Below are positions 57,098 to 64,000 of a stretch of 64,000 nucleotides of DNA, piece by piece. Each line of letters starts with the position of its first letter. Within the stretch, counting starts at the first letter, position 1. Origin of the DNA: Tagaea sp. (GTDB lineage Bacteria > Pseudomonadota > Alphaproteobacteria > CACIAM-22H2); the NCBI GenBank assembly GCA_965279525.1, contig CBDIIB010000004.1:1248001-1312000 (forward strand), given 5' to 3'. Position numbers and translations under genes: made by a program. A model generated the notes under the pieces. The model saw only the letters and a program-made list of their open reading frames with translations. It was not told where the DNA came from and made no database searches.

Positions 57098-57417
57098 TCG
57101 ATCGCCGGCATCCGTTGTTCCGGACTTTCGCTTCCACAATGGCCGTACTCGCCGTCGCTGCGGGATGGACGGCGTGGGGGCGCAGCCACGCCGACTCCCT
57201 CGCCCAAGCAGGCGGGGTTGGAACAGCCAAGGGTCACTACATCGTCACGCTGGCGTTTGCGCCGGAAGGATTTCACGTGACTCGTCTCCAGGCAATCGGA
57301 CGCCTGATCGAGGTGCGCGGCTCGGAGATATTCCTGATGGATGTCGATCCAACGGCACTACGCGAAGCCGCAACGGCCTACTGGGTCCGCGGGGTTCGGC
57401 AATGGCCGGGTCGATAG
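57094..57417 (+). CDS. Small hypothetical membrane-anchored protein inside ABC operon
   Basis: ATGA overlap with the ATPase stop and overlap with the permease start; N-terminal hydrophobic helix and compact alpha/beta-like C-terminal domain. Confidence 0.75.
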   Translation: MIDRRHPLFRTFASTMAVLAVAAGWTAWGRSHADSLAQAGGVGTAKGHYIVTLAFAPEGFHVTRLQAIGRLIEVRGSEIFLMDVDPTALREAATAYWVRGVRQWPGR

Positions 57418-58220
57418 CGTCGTCCGGGATTCCACTGCGCAAGAAGCTGGAGCGCCCTGCCAAAGGGGCATTTGGCATCCTGCTTTTCCTGCTGGCGTGG
57501 CAGGTCTCGGTTCCGCTTGTCGGGCTTGAGCCCTATTTCTACCCGGCACCGTCCGACGTCGCGGCCGCATTCGTCGATCTGGTGCGCAAGGGGATTCTTC
57601 CGGTCTATGTCATCGATAGCCTGGAGCGCTATACCGTTGGCGTCGCGATCGGTGCGTGTGCCGGCATCTTTTTCGGAATCCTCATCGGGCTCAACGCGAC
57701 CGCCTCGCGGCTCCTGTCACCGACGATCAACTTCCTTTTCGCGATCGTTGAGGTCGCATGGATACCGATTTTCGTTATCTGGTGGGGCTACGGTTACAAG
57801 ACGATCCTCATCGCGCTGACATACGTGGTGTTCTTTCCAGTCGTCTACAACACGCTGGTTGGAGTGCGGACGGTTCCGCAGCCATTGATCAATGCCGTCC
57901 GGGTTCTTGGCGCGAACCGATGGCAGGTCCTGACCAACGTGATCCTTCCGGCTGCCCTGCCGAGCATAATTACGGGTCTGCGTGTTGGCGCCGGCTTTGC
58001 GTTCCGAGGGCTGATCTTCGCGGAAATCGTCGCGGCAAAAACCGGTCTCGGCTATCTGATTTTCGAAGGAGCGCAGACCCAGCAGACGGCACGTACGATC
58101 GTGGGCATGATCTCGGTCGGTCTGCTCTGGTTGTTGATCGACCAGTTCTACCTGAAGCCACTTGAGCGGGCGACCATCGAGCGCTGGGGCCTCGTAATCG
58201 AGGCGGAGCAGCGCGCATGA
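57402..58220 (+). CDS. NitT/TauT ABC permease
   Basis: YPAPS, VAWIP, AVRVLGA, LPAALP, AE....TGLG. Confidence 0.92.
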   Translation: MAGSIASSGIPLRKKLERPAKGAFGILLFLLAWQVSVPLVGLEPYFYPAPSDVAAAFVDLVRKGILPVYVIDSLERYTVGVAIGACAGIFFGILIGLNATASRLLSPTINFLFAIVEVAWIPIFVIWWGYGYKTILIALTYVVFFPVVYNTLVGVRTVPQPLINAVRVLGANRWQVLTNVILPAALPSIITGLRVGAGFAFRGLIFAEIVAAKTGLGYLIFEGAQTQQTARTIVGMISVGLLWLLIDQFYLKPLERATIERWGLVIEAEQRA

Positions 58221-58978
58221 AAGCCGATTCGCTGATCGGGCTTGTTCCGTTCGGGCTGGCGCTCGCGGCCTGGGCGATTCTGCCCATGGTGATTGACTAT
58301 CCATCCTACATGCTGCCGCCACTGCCGGACGTCTGGATCCATCTCCAGGAGATCGTGTCGGACGGAACTCTCGCAGACCATGTCGTCAGCTCTCTGGGCC
58401 GGCTCGCGCTCGGCTTCGCCCTAGGTGCCGGCATTGCCGTACCGCTCGGCATTGCGATCGCGCTCAACCGGCACGTCGCCGACACTCTGAAGCCTCTGTT
58501 GACGTTTCTCCAGTCGATCGCCGGGATTGCGTGGGTTCCGCTGGCAATCATCTGGTTCGGAATCGGTATCGGCTCCGTCGTCTTCGTCATCGCGAACACG
58601 ATTTTCTTTGCTACGCTCTACAACACGGTCGTCGGCGTACAGGCGATCCCTCAGGCGCTGCACCGGGCGGTCCGTTCGCTGGGTGGACGCGGACTTAGTC
58701 TTGCCACGGTCCTGATTCTGCCCGGCGCCCTCGTCCAGCTCATCGTCGGTTTCCGTACCGCAATGGCCTACGGATGGCGTGCATTGGTCGCCGGCGAGAT
58801 GATCGCCGGGACCAACGGGCTCGGATACATGACGATCGAAGCGGTTCAATGGTATCGCACAGAAACGGTCCTGATCGGCATGATCGCAATCGGACTGATC
58901 TGGTTGGTAATGGATCGTCTCGTATTTGTCCCGATCGAGCGCGCGACGGTCCAGCGTTGGGGGATCGTCCAGCGATGA
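58217..58978 (+). CDS. NitT/TauT ABC permease
   Basis: LPP, IAWVP, WFGIG, AVRSLG, GEMIAG..GLG. Confidence 0.92.
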   Translation: MKADSLIGLVPFGLALAAWAILPMVIDYPSYMLPPLPDVWIHLQEIVSDGTLADHVVSSLGRLALGFALGAGIAVPLGIAIALNRHVADTLKPLLTFLQSIAGIAWVPLAIIWFGIGIGSVVFVIANTIFFATLYNTVVGVQAIPQALHRAVRSLGGRGLSLATVLILPGALVQLIVGFRTAMAYGWRALVAGEMIAGTNGLGYMTIEAVQWYRTETVLIGMIAIGLIWLVMDRLVFVPIERATVQRWGIVQR

Positions 58979-59910
58979 AAATCCCGTACGAGCGCCTCGG
59001 TCTTGGCGGTGCCGCTCTCGGCGTGCTCTTCAACCCTGTCGACGATGCGGACGCCCTGGCCGCGATCGACGCAGCCTGGGATGCAGGCATACGGACGTTC
59101 GATACATCCCCGCTCTATGGCGGCGGACTATCCGAAGAAAGACTCGGCCGCGCGCTATCGCGACGGCCGCGCAACGCCTTCTTCCTGTCGACCAAGACAG
59201 GTGTCAACCGTCCTTACGGGCAGGCTGCCGCCCCGCCGGGTGGGGCCCGCCGGGCAGCCGACGTCTGGGACTATTCGCCGGATGCGACACGAAGCTCCGT
59301 GAAGACCAGTCTCGGGCGCCTGGCAACCGACCGGCTCGATCTTGTCCACCTCCACGATGTCGAAGGCCGGACCGATGCAGCCATGGCCGCTTATCCGGAA
59401 CTTGAGCGCCTGCGTTCGGCGGGCACGATTCAGGGCATCGGGATCGGGGCGAACAAAGTCGAAGCACCACTTGATCTGATGGCACGGGCGCACTTCGACG
59501 CCGTTCTTGTGGCAGGCCGGTATACTCTTCTTGACCAAACGATGCTCCATCTCGTTCCGCTCGCCGAGAATGCCGGGACGCGCTTGATCGTCGGTGGCGC
59601 CTTCAATTCGGGCATCCTTGCGACCGGTGCAGTTGCCGGCGCCATGTTCCATTATGACCCGGCGCCGGCAGGCATTCTGGACCGAACAAGGGCGATTGAG
59701 GGGCACTGCGCAGCCCACGGCGTCCCCTTGCGGGCGGCCGCGCTGCAGTTCCCGCTGGCCCATCCGGCAGTCCATACGCTTCTGCTCGGAGCACGCAACC
59801 CCGCCGAACTCCGGGACTGCCTGGAAATGCTCGCGTTCCCCATTCCGGCAGCCTTCTGGCATTCGCTTCAGCAGGCTGGACTCGTCGACCGAGCATGTCC
59901 GCTGCCATGA
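58975..59910 (+). CDS. Aldo/keto reductase, D-threo-aldose (L-fucose/L-galactose) 1-dehydrogenase-like
   Basis: LGLGGA.LG, FDTSPLYG.GLSE, STK, DYS, LHD, AGRYTLLDQ, FNSGILA, AALQFPL.HP. Confidence 0.88.
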   Translation: MKIPYERLGLGGAALGVLFNPVDDADALAAIDAAWDAGIRTFDTSPLYGGGLSEERLGRALSRRPRNAFFLSTKTGVNRPYGQAAAPPGGARRAADVWDYSPDATRSSVKTSLGRLATDRLDLVHLHDVEGRTDAAMAAYPELERLRSAGTIQGIGIGANKVEAPLDLMARAHFDAVLVAGRYTLLDQTMLHLVPLAENAGTRLIVGGAFNSGILATGAVAGAMFHYDPAPAGILDRTRAIEGHCAAHGVPLRAAALQFPLAHPAVHTLLLGARNPAELRDCLEMLAFPIPAAFWHSLQQAGLVDRACPLP

Positions 59911-60743
59911 TCGACGCACACATCCATTTCTGGGACATGCGTCGACAGGACGACATCCTGATCGTCCGTCGCGAGCCGTCGCTGGCACGTCAGGCCATGC
60001 CGGACGACCTGCGGCCACTGATGGCCGATGCCGGGGTGAACGGTGCCGTCGCGATCCAGTCGGCGCCGGACTTCGGCGAGACAGACCATCTGATCGAGGT
60101 CAGCGCGCGCACGGCCGAGATATTTGGAATTGTCGGATGGGTCGACCTTGCGGCAGACGAGGTGCGCGAGCGCATCCGCGCTCTTGCAGCACGGCCGAAA
60201 ATCGTCGGCGTACGCGCGATGCTCAACCGCGTCGATCCGGTCGGCTGGCTTGCCGAAGATCGGGTTCGTCCGGGTCTCGCGGCACTTGTCGAGGCTGGTC
60301 TCTCACTCGATGTCATCGCACGCGCCGAACATGCGCCGGCGATCGCAAAAGTGGCCGCTGCACTTCCCGACCTCCGCATCATCGTCGACCATGGGGCGAG
60401 CGCACCTTTGCGTCGATCCGACAGGCAGGACTGGCTCGAGGCTATCGAGCAGATCGCGGCCTTTCCATCGATTTCCACGAAGTTTTCCGGACTTGCCGAA
60501 GAAGCTCCTGAGAGTTGGGCTCCGGAGACGCTCGAACCGGCATTCCGGCACTTGCTTGCTTGCTTCGGTCCGGCCAGAATCATGTGGGCCAGCAATTGGC
60601 CGGTCATCAATCTGCGCGGCGGTTATGCCGGCTGGGCTTCGGCCAGCCGGACCCTGCTCGACAGGGCCGCGCTGGCACATCATGATCGGCAGGCCATCGA
60701 AGATGGCAATGCACGACGCATCTACAGGATCGCAGCGGTCTAG
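59907..60743 (+). CDS. Amidohydrolase_2 protein, L-fucono-1,5-lactonase-like
   Basis: IDAHIHFWD, VGWVDL, GVR, VDH, KFSG, FG..R.MWASNWP. Confidence 0.87.
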   Translation: MIDAHIHFWDMRRQDDILIVRREPSLARQAMPDDLRPLMADAGVNGAVAIQSAPDFGETDHLIEVSARTAEIFGIVGWVDLAADEVRERIRALAARPKIVGVRAMLNRVDPVGWLAEDRVRPGLAALVEAGLSLDVIARAEHAPAIAKVAAALPDLRIIVDHGASAPLRRSDRQDWLEAIEQIAAFPSISTKFSGLAEEAPESWAPETLEPAFRHLLACFGPARIMWASNWPVINLRGGYAGWASASRTLLDRAALAHHDRQAIEDGNARRIYRIAAV

Positions 60744-60746
60744 CCA

Positions 60747-61652
60747 CTAGGATTTCCCCGCATAGCGGATCTTGACGCCGGCCTCTTCCTCGCGCAGGCG
60801 CACGACACTCGAGATGTCGTCGGCGTCGTATCCCTTGTCGCATGTCTCCTTGAGCGACGCCTGCAGGCCTAGACCCACCGGCGTACCGACACCGGCGTCT
60901 TTCGCCATTGCCAGAGCCAGACGGACGTCCTTTGCAGCCAGCCTTGTCATGAATCCGCGCCGGAAGTCGCCCACAAAGCTCTTCACAGGCTGGATCTTGA
61001 GAAGGTGCGCGCTGGAGGCTCCCGTACTGCCGACCAGTTCCACAATCTTCTCGAGCGACAGTCCGGCTTTCATTCCGAAGGCGAGAGCTTCGGCGTGCAG
61101 CGCGAGAATCCCGGCCGAGACGTAGTTGTTGACGAGCTTGAGGGCGTGACCGTTACCGAGCGGTCCGGCATGGACGATGTAGTTCCCCATTACGTCTAGG
61201 ACCGGGCGAACCTCGGCGACATCCGCCAGCTCCCCGCCGACCATGATCGCAAGAGTCCCCTTCTCGGCGTCCTCGACGGCACGTGCCACGGGCGCGTCGA
61301 CCATCCGTGCGCCGGCCGCATGGATCGCTGCGGCAATTCGACGGGTCGTGCCAGGGTCGATCGTACTCATATCCATGTAGATCTTGCCCGGCCGGATCGC
61401 AGACGCGATCCCGTCGGGCCCTGTCGCGACGGTCTCGACGTCCGGCGAGTCCGGAAGCATCGTGATCACGATATCGCTTGCCGCTGCGACCTCTGACGGT
61501 CGCCTCATCGCTCGCACGCCACCACGCACGAACGCATCCATAGCCGACGCATTGCTATCGCAGACGATCAGAGGAAATCCGGCCTTCTGGATGTTACGTG
61601 CCATCGGCGCTCCAATCGTGCCGATGCCGATGAATCCGATGGTCATTTTCAT
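60747..61652 (-). CDS. Beta-hydroxyacid dehydrogenase family reductase (YihU/sulfolactaldehyde reductase-like)
   Basis: GFIGIG.IG.PMA, ITMLP, DMSTI.P, DAPVAR, KLVNNY, FM..LA.KD. Confidence 0.88.
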   Translation of the reverse strand: MKMTIGFIGIGTIGAPMARNIQKAGFPLIVCDSNASAMDAFVRGGVRAMRRPSEVAAASDIVITMLPDSPDVETVATGPDGIASAIRPGKIYMDMSTIDPGTTRRIAAAIHAAGARMVDAPVARAVEDAEKGTLAIMVGGELADVAEVRPVLDVMGNYIVHAGPLGNGHALKLVNNYVSAGILALHAEALAFGMKAGLSLEKIVELVGSTGASSAHLLKIQPVKSFVGDFRRGFMTRLAAKDVRLALAMAKDAGVGTPVGLGLQASLKETCDKGYDADDISSVVRLREEEAGVKIRYAGKS

Positions 61653-61705
61653 GTCAAACTCCGTTCCTCGTCGGATTGGCGCCTCACTAGCGGTGCCGCG
61701 TGAAC

Positions 61706-62731
61706 TCAGGCACTGTCGCGGACGATCAGTTCAAATCCGAGGTCAACGATCCGCTTCGAGAGACGTCGCCCCGCTAGGCAATCGCGCAGCATTCTTCCGG
61801 CGGCACGGCCGATCTCGTAGCGCGGGATCCGAATGGTCGTGAGCGCCGGAATCAGCTCGCCGGCGAACTCCAGATCGTCGAACCCGATGATCGAGATGTC
61901 TTCCGGGATCCGGATCCCGAGCCTGTTGCACTCCTGGACTGCGCCTATCGCGAGCACGTCGGATGCGCAGAATAGCGCTGAAGGCGTAGGTTTCATGGCC
62001 AATAGTTGACGCAAGGCCCGAGCTCCAGCCTCGACGGCGAGATCTGTGGCTATCGACCATTCTGGCCTGACGCGGATTCTCGCTGACTTCAGGGCACGGA
62101 CATAGCCGAGATGACGATCGCGCATTCGATCGTTGTTCTTCTCGTCGAGGCCTATATGCGCGATTCTGGTATGCCCCTTCGAGACGAGATACACGGTTGC
62201 TGCCCGGGCGGCCGCCTCGTTCGAGAAGCCGACAACGAGATCGAGCGGCGAATCGGGGATGTTGTTGCCCTCGATAACTGGAATACCGGACGACGAAAGA
62301 AGATGGACTGTCGATGTGGAGTGAGTCGTTCCCGTCAGGAAAATCGCGTCGACACGTCGGGACAGAAAGGCTCGGACGATCGCCTCTTCCTTCTCGAGCG
62401 AGAAGCCGGTCACGCCGACGAGAATGTGGAATCCGTCGTCGGACAACTCGTCGGACATCCCCTGGATCGTTTCGGTAAAACTCGAGTGACCGAGATGCGG
62501 CACGAGCACCGCAACGACACCGGTCTGACGCACGGACAACGAGCGCGCGACAAGATCGGGCGTATAGCCGGTCGACTTCAGCGCCGCCTCCACCCGACTT
62601 CGGGTCTCCGCAGAAACCCGATCCGGGTCCCGAAGCACGCGTGCGACGGTCATCGTCGAGACCTTCGCCATCGCAGCCACGTCCCGGATCCGTGCGCGTC
62701 CCGGCGGGGACTGGTTCGAGCTCCGCTTCAT
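61706..62731 (-). CDS. LacI-family regulator (gluconate-repressor GntR/IdnR-like)
   Basis: IRDVA..A.VS.MTV.R, GY.P...A, VGFSN, FC.SD..A.G, IIGFDD, LTTI. Confidence 0.93.
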   Translation of the reverse strand: MKRSSNQSPPGRARIRDVAAMAKVSTMTVARVLRDPDRVSAETRSRVEAALKSTGYTPDLVARSLSVRQTGVVAVLVPHLGHSSFTETIQGMSDELSDDGFHILVGVTGFSLEKEEAIVRAFLSRRVDAIFLTGTTHSTSTVHLLSSSGIPVIEGNNIPDSPLDLVVGFSNEAAARAATVYLVSKGHTRIAHIGLDEKNNDRMRDRHLGYVRALKSARIRVRPEWSIATDLAVEAGARALRQLLAMKPTPSALFCASDVLAIGAVQECNRLGIRIPEDISIIGFDDLEFAGELIPALTTIRIPRYEIGRAAGRMLRDCLAGRRLSKRIVDLGFELIVRDSA

Positions 62732-63558
62732 CCTTTAAGTGCCCCGCCGACAAGACCCTGGACGAGGTATTTCCGGATGAACACGGTGAATGCCACGATC
62801 GGCGCCATCACGAGGACCGCACCGGACGAGACAAGCCCCCAGTCCGCTCCTTCGTAGGCAAGGAAGCCGACGATGGCGACAGGAAGTGTCCGCGCCTCGC
62901 GGCTTGTCAGGACGAGAGCTAGGAGAAACTCGTTCCACGCCATGATGAAGGTCAGGATGGCGGTCGCCGTCAATCCCGGTGCGGAGACCGGCAGAATCAC
63001 CTTGAGGAAAATCTGCCAGTGGCCCGCCCCGTCGATCCGAGCGGCTTCGTCCAGTTCGCGGGGCACGTCGTTGAAAAAACTCCAAAGGGACCACATCACA
63101 AGAGGGATATTAAGGTTCGCATAGGCGACGATCAGGATCCACCAGGTATCGTTGACCCCAAATGCGCGCGCCGCCAGGAAATACGGGATTATGAAGACCG
63201 TCGGCGGCACGATCCGCACGAACAACGAGTAGCCCAGCGCGATGTTGCGGAATTCTCGCCAGCGCGACCGAGAAACCACGTAAGCCGCCGGCGCACCGAC
63301 CGCGAGCGAGACGACAACCGTGCCGATCGCGACGACGACGCTGTTGACTAGGTAGGACATGAATGTCCCGTCCTCCAGCAGGCGCCGGTAGTTGTCAAGG
63401 GTCGGCCAGAAGACAAAGACTTGGGTCCGGTCGAACGCCTGCAACTGCGTCTTGAGCGACAGCAACACGATCCAGAAAAGCGGCAACAGGATTAGGGCCA
63501 GGAACACGAGCGTGCCCAACGACATCACGACGACAGGAAATTTGCGGCGGACGATCAT
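62728..63558 (-). CDS. Carbohydrate ABC permease (CUT1, MalG-like)
   Basis: NSVVVA, ELDEAARIDG, AWNEF, TLPV. Confidence 0.93.
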   Translation of the reverse strand: MIVRRKFPVVVMSLGTLVFLALILLPLFWIVLLSLKTQLQAFDRTQVFVFWPTLDNYRRLLEDGTFMSYLVNSVVVAIGTVVVSLAVGAPAAYVVSRSRWREFRNIALGYSLFVRIVPPTVFIIPYFLAARAFGVNDTWWILIVAYANLNIPLVMWSLWSFFNDVPRELDEAARIDGAGHWQIFLKVILPVSAPGLTATAILTFIMAWNEFLLALVLTSREARTLPVAIVGFLAYEGADWGLVSSGAVLVMAPIVAFTVFIRKYLVQGLVGGALKG

Positions 63559-63571
63559 TCCGGTATTCGGC

Positions 63572-64000
63572 TCACGACTGGACCTGCGGACGGACCAGCG
63601 ATCTGTAGAGCGGTGCGCAGATGACCGCCATCATCAGCAGGATCACGACGAGCATCGTCGCCGAATAGCCAAGATCGAAGTACCGGAAGCCGGTCAGATA
63701 GGCATAGAAATCCATGTTTTCGGTCGCGTTGCCCGGGCCGCCACCGGTGATCGTGAAGATGACCGGAAACACTTTTGTGCTTTCGATGATGCGGAACAGC
63801 AGGACGACGAGAATTGTCGGAATCAGCATGGGAATAGTCACGTGGCGCAGTACCTGCCAGGAACTCGCGCCGTCGATATGTGCCGCCTCAAAGACGTCCT
63901 GCGGCAGCGACTCAAGTCCGGCAAGTAGCAGCAGCATGACATAGGGTGTCCACTCCCATGTCAGGGTCAAGATGAGCGCTCCCATCGCGCCGTTCGCCGT
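63572..64000 (-). CDS. Carbohydrate ABC permease (CUT1, MalF-like), 5' end outside window
   Basis: WEWTPY, EAAHIDGAS, TGGGPG.AT. Confidence 0.9.
   Translation of the reverse strand, partial: TANGAMGALILTLTWEWTPYVMLLLLAGLESLPQDVFEAAHIDGASSWQVLRHVTIPMLIPTILVVLLFRIIESTKVFPVIFTITGGGPGNATENMDFYAYLTGFRYFDLGYSATMLVVILLMMAVICAPLYRSLVRPQVQS

Noticed and set aside
1-64000. CRISPR arrays, IS elements, prophage, tRNA/rRNA, defence systems, secondary-metabolite synthases
   Set aside because: No spaced direct repeats, transposase/integrase motifs, structural RNA signatures or such domains were seen. Nearly all of the sequence is accounted for by metabolic, transport and regulatory CDSs.

Overview
A GC-rich, gene-dense bacterial segment, probably alphaproteobacterial (inferred from protein families and promoter style). 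It is devoted almost entirely to solute uptake and catabolism: about 66 CDSs, with no rRNA, tRNA, CRISPR array, integrase or transposase recognisable. It holds ten binding-protein-type transport systems: one CUT2 sugar ABC, one Dpp/Opp ABC, four NitT/TauT ABCs, two CUT1 sugar ABCs (one cut off by the window edge) and two TTT/Tct systems. It also has six regulators (MarR, three GntR, LysR, LacI). 1-20 kb: a nucleoside hydrolase/ribokinase/FGGY kinase operon and a MarR-controlled amide/cyclic-amide cluster (CE4 deacetylase, SDR, PanE-like reductase, creatininase, Dpp ABC, isoaspartyl peptidase). 20-64 kb: an apparent organosulfur/sugar catabolic island. It has three cytoplasmic CxPxR sulfatases, a DUF4432 epimerase, a CehA/McbA-like DUF3604 metallohydrolase, a dienelactone hydrolase, three Gfo/Idh/MocA oxidoreductases, twin TTT transporters and an unknown TIM-barrel-like protein. 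It also has a nearly complete non-phosphorylative sugar oxidation route (mutarotase, aldose dehydrogenase, two lactonases, dehydratase) and a YihU-like reductase carrying the sulfonate-pocket Arg. Best candidate for an undescribed system: uptake of sulfated or sulfonated sugars by anion-type ABC transporters, one of which carries an extra uncharacterised membrane-anchored subunit, followed by intracellular desulfation and oxidation. All family assignments come from motif recognition only; no database search was run. Many start codons were trimmed from the ORF track using RBS and gene-overlap evidence.
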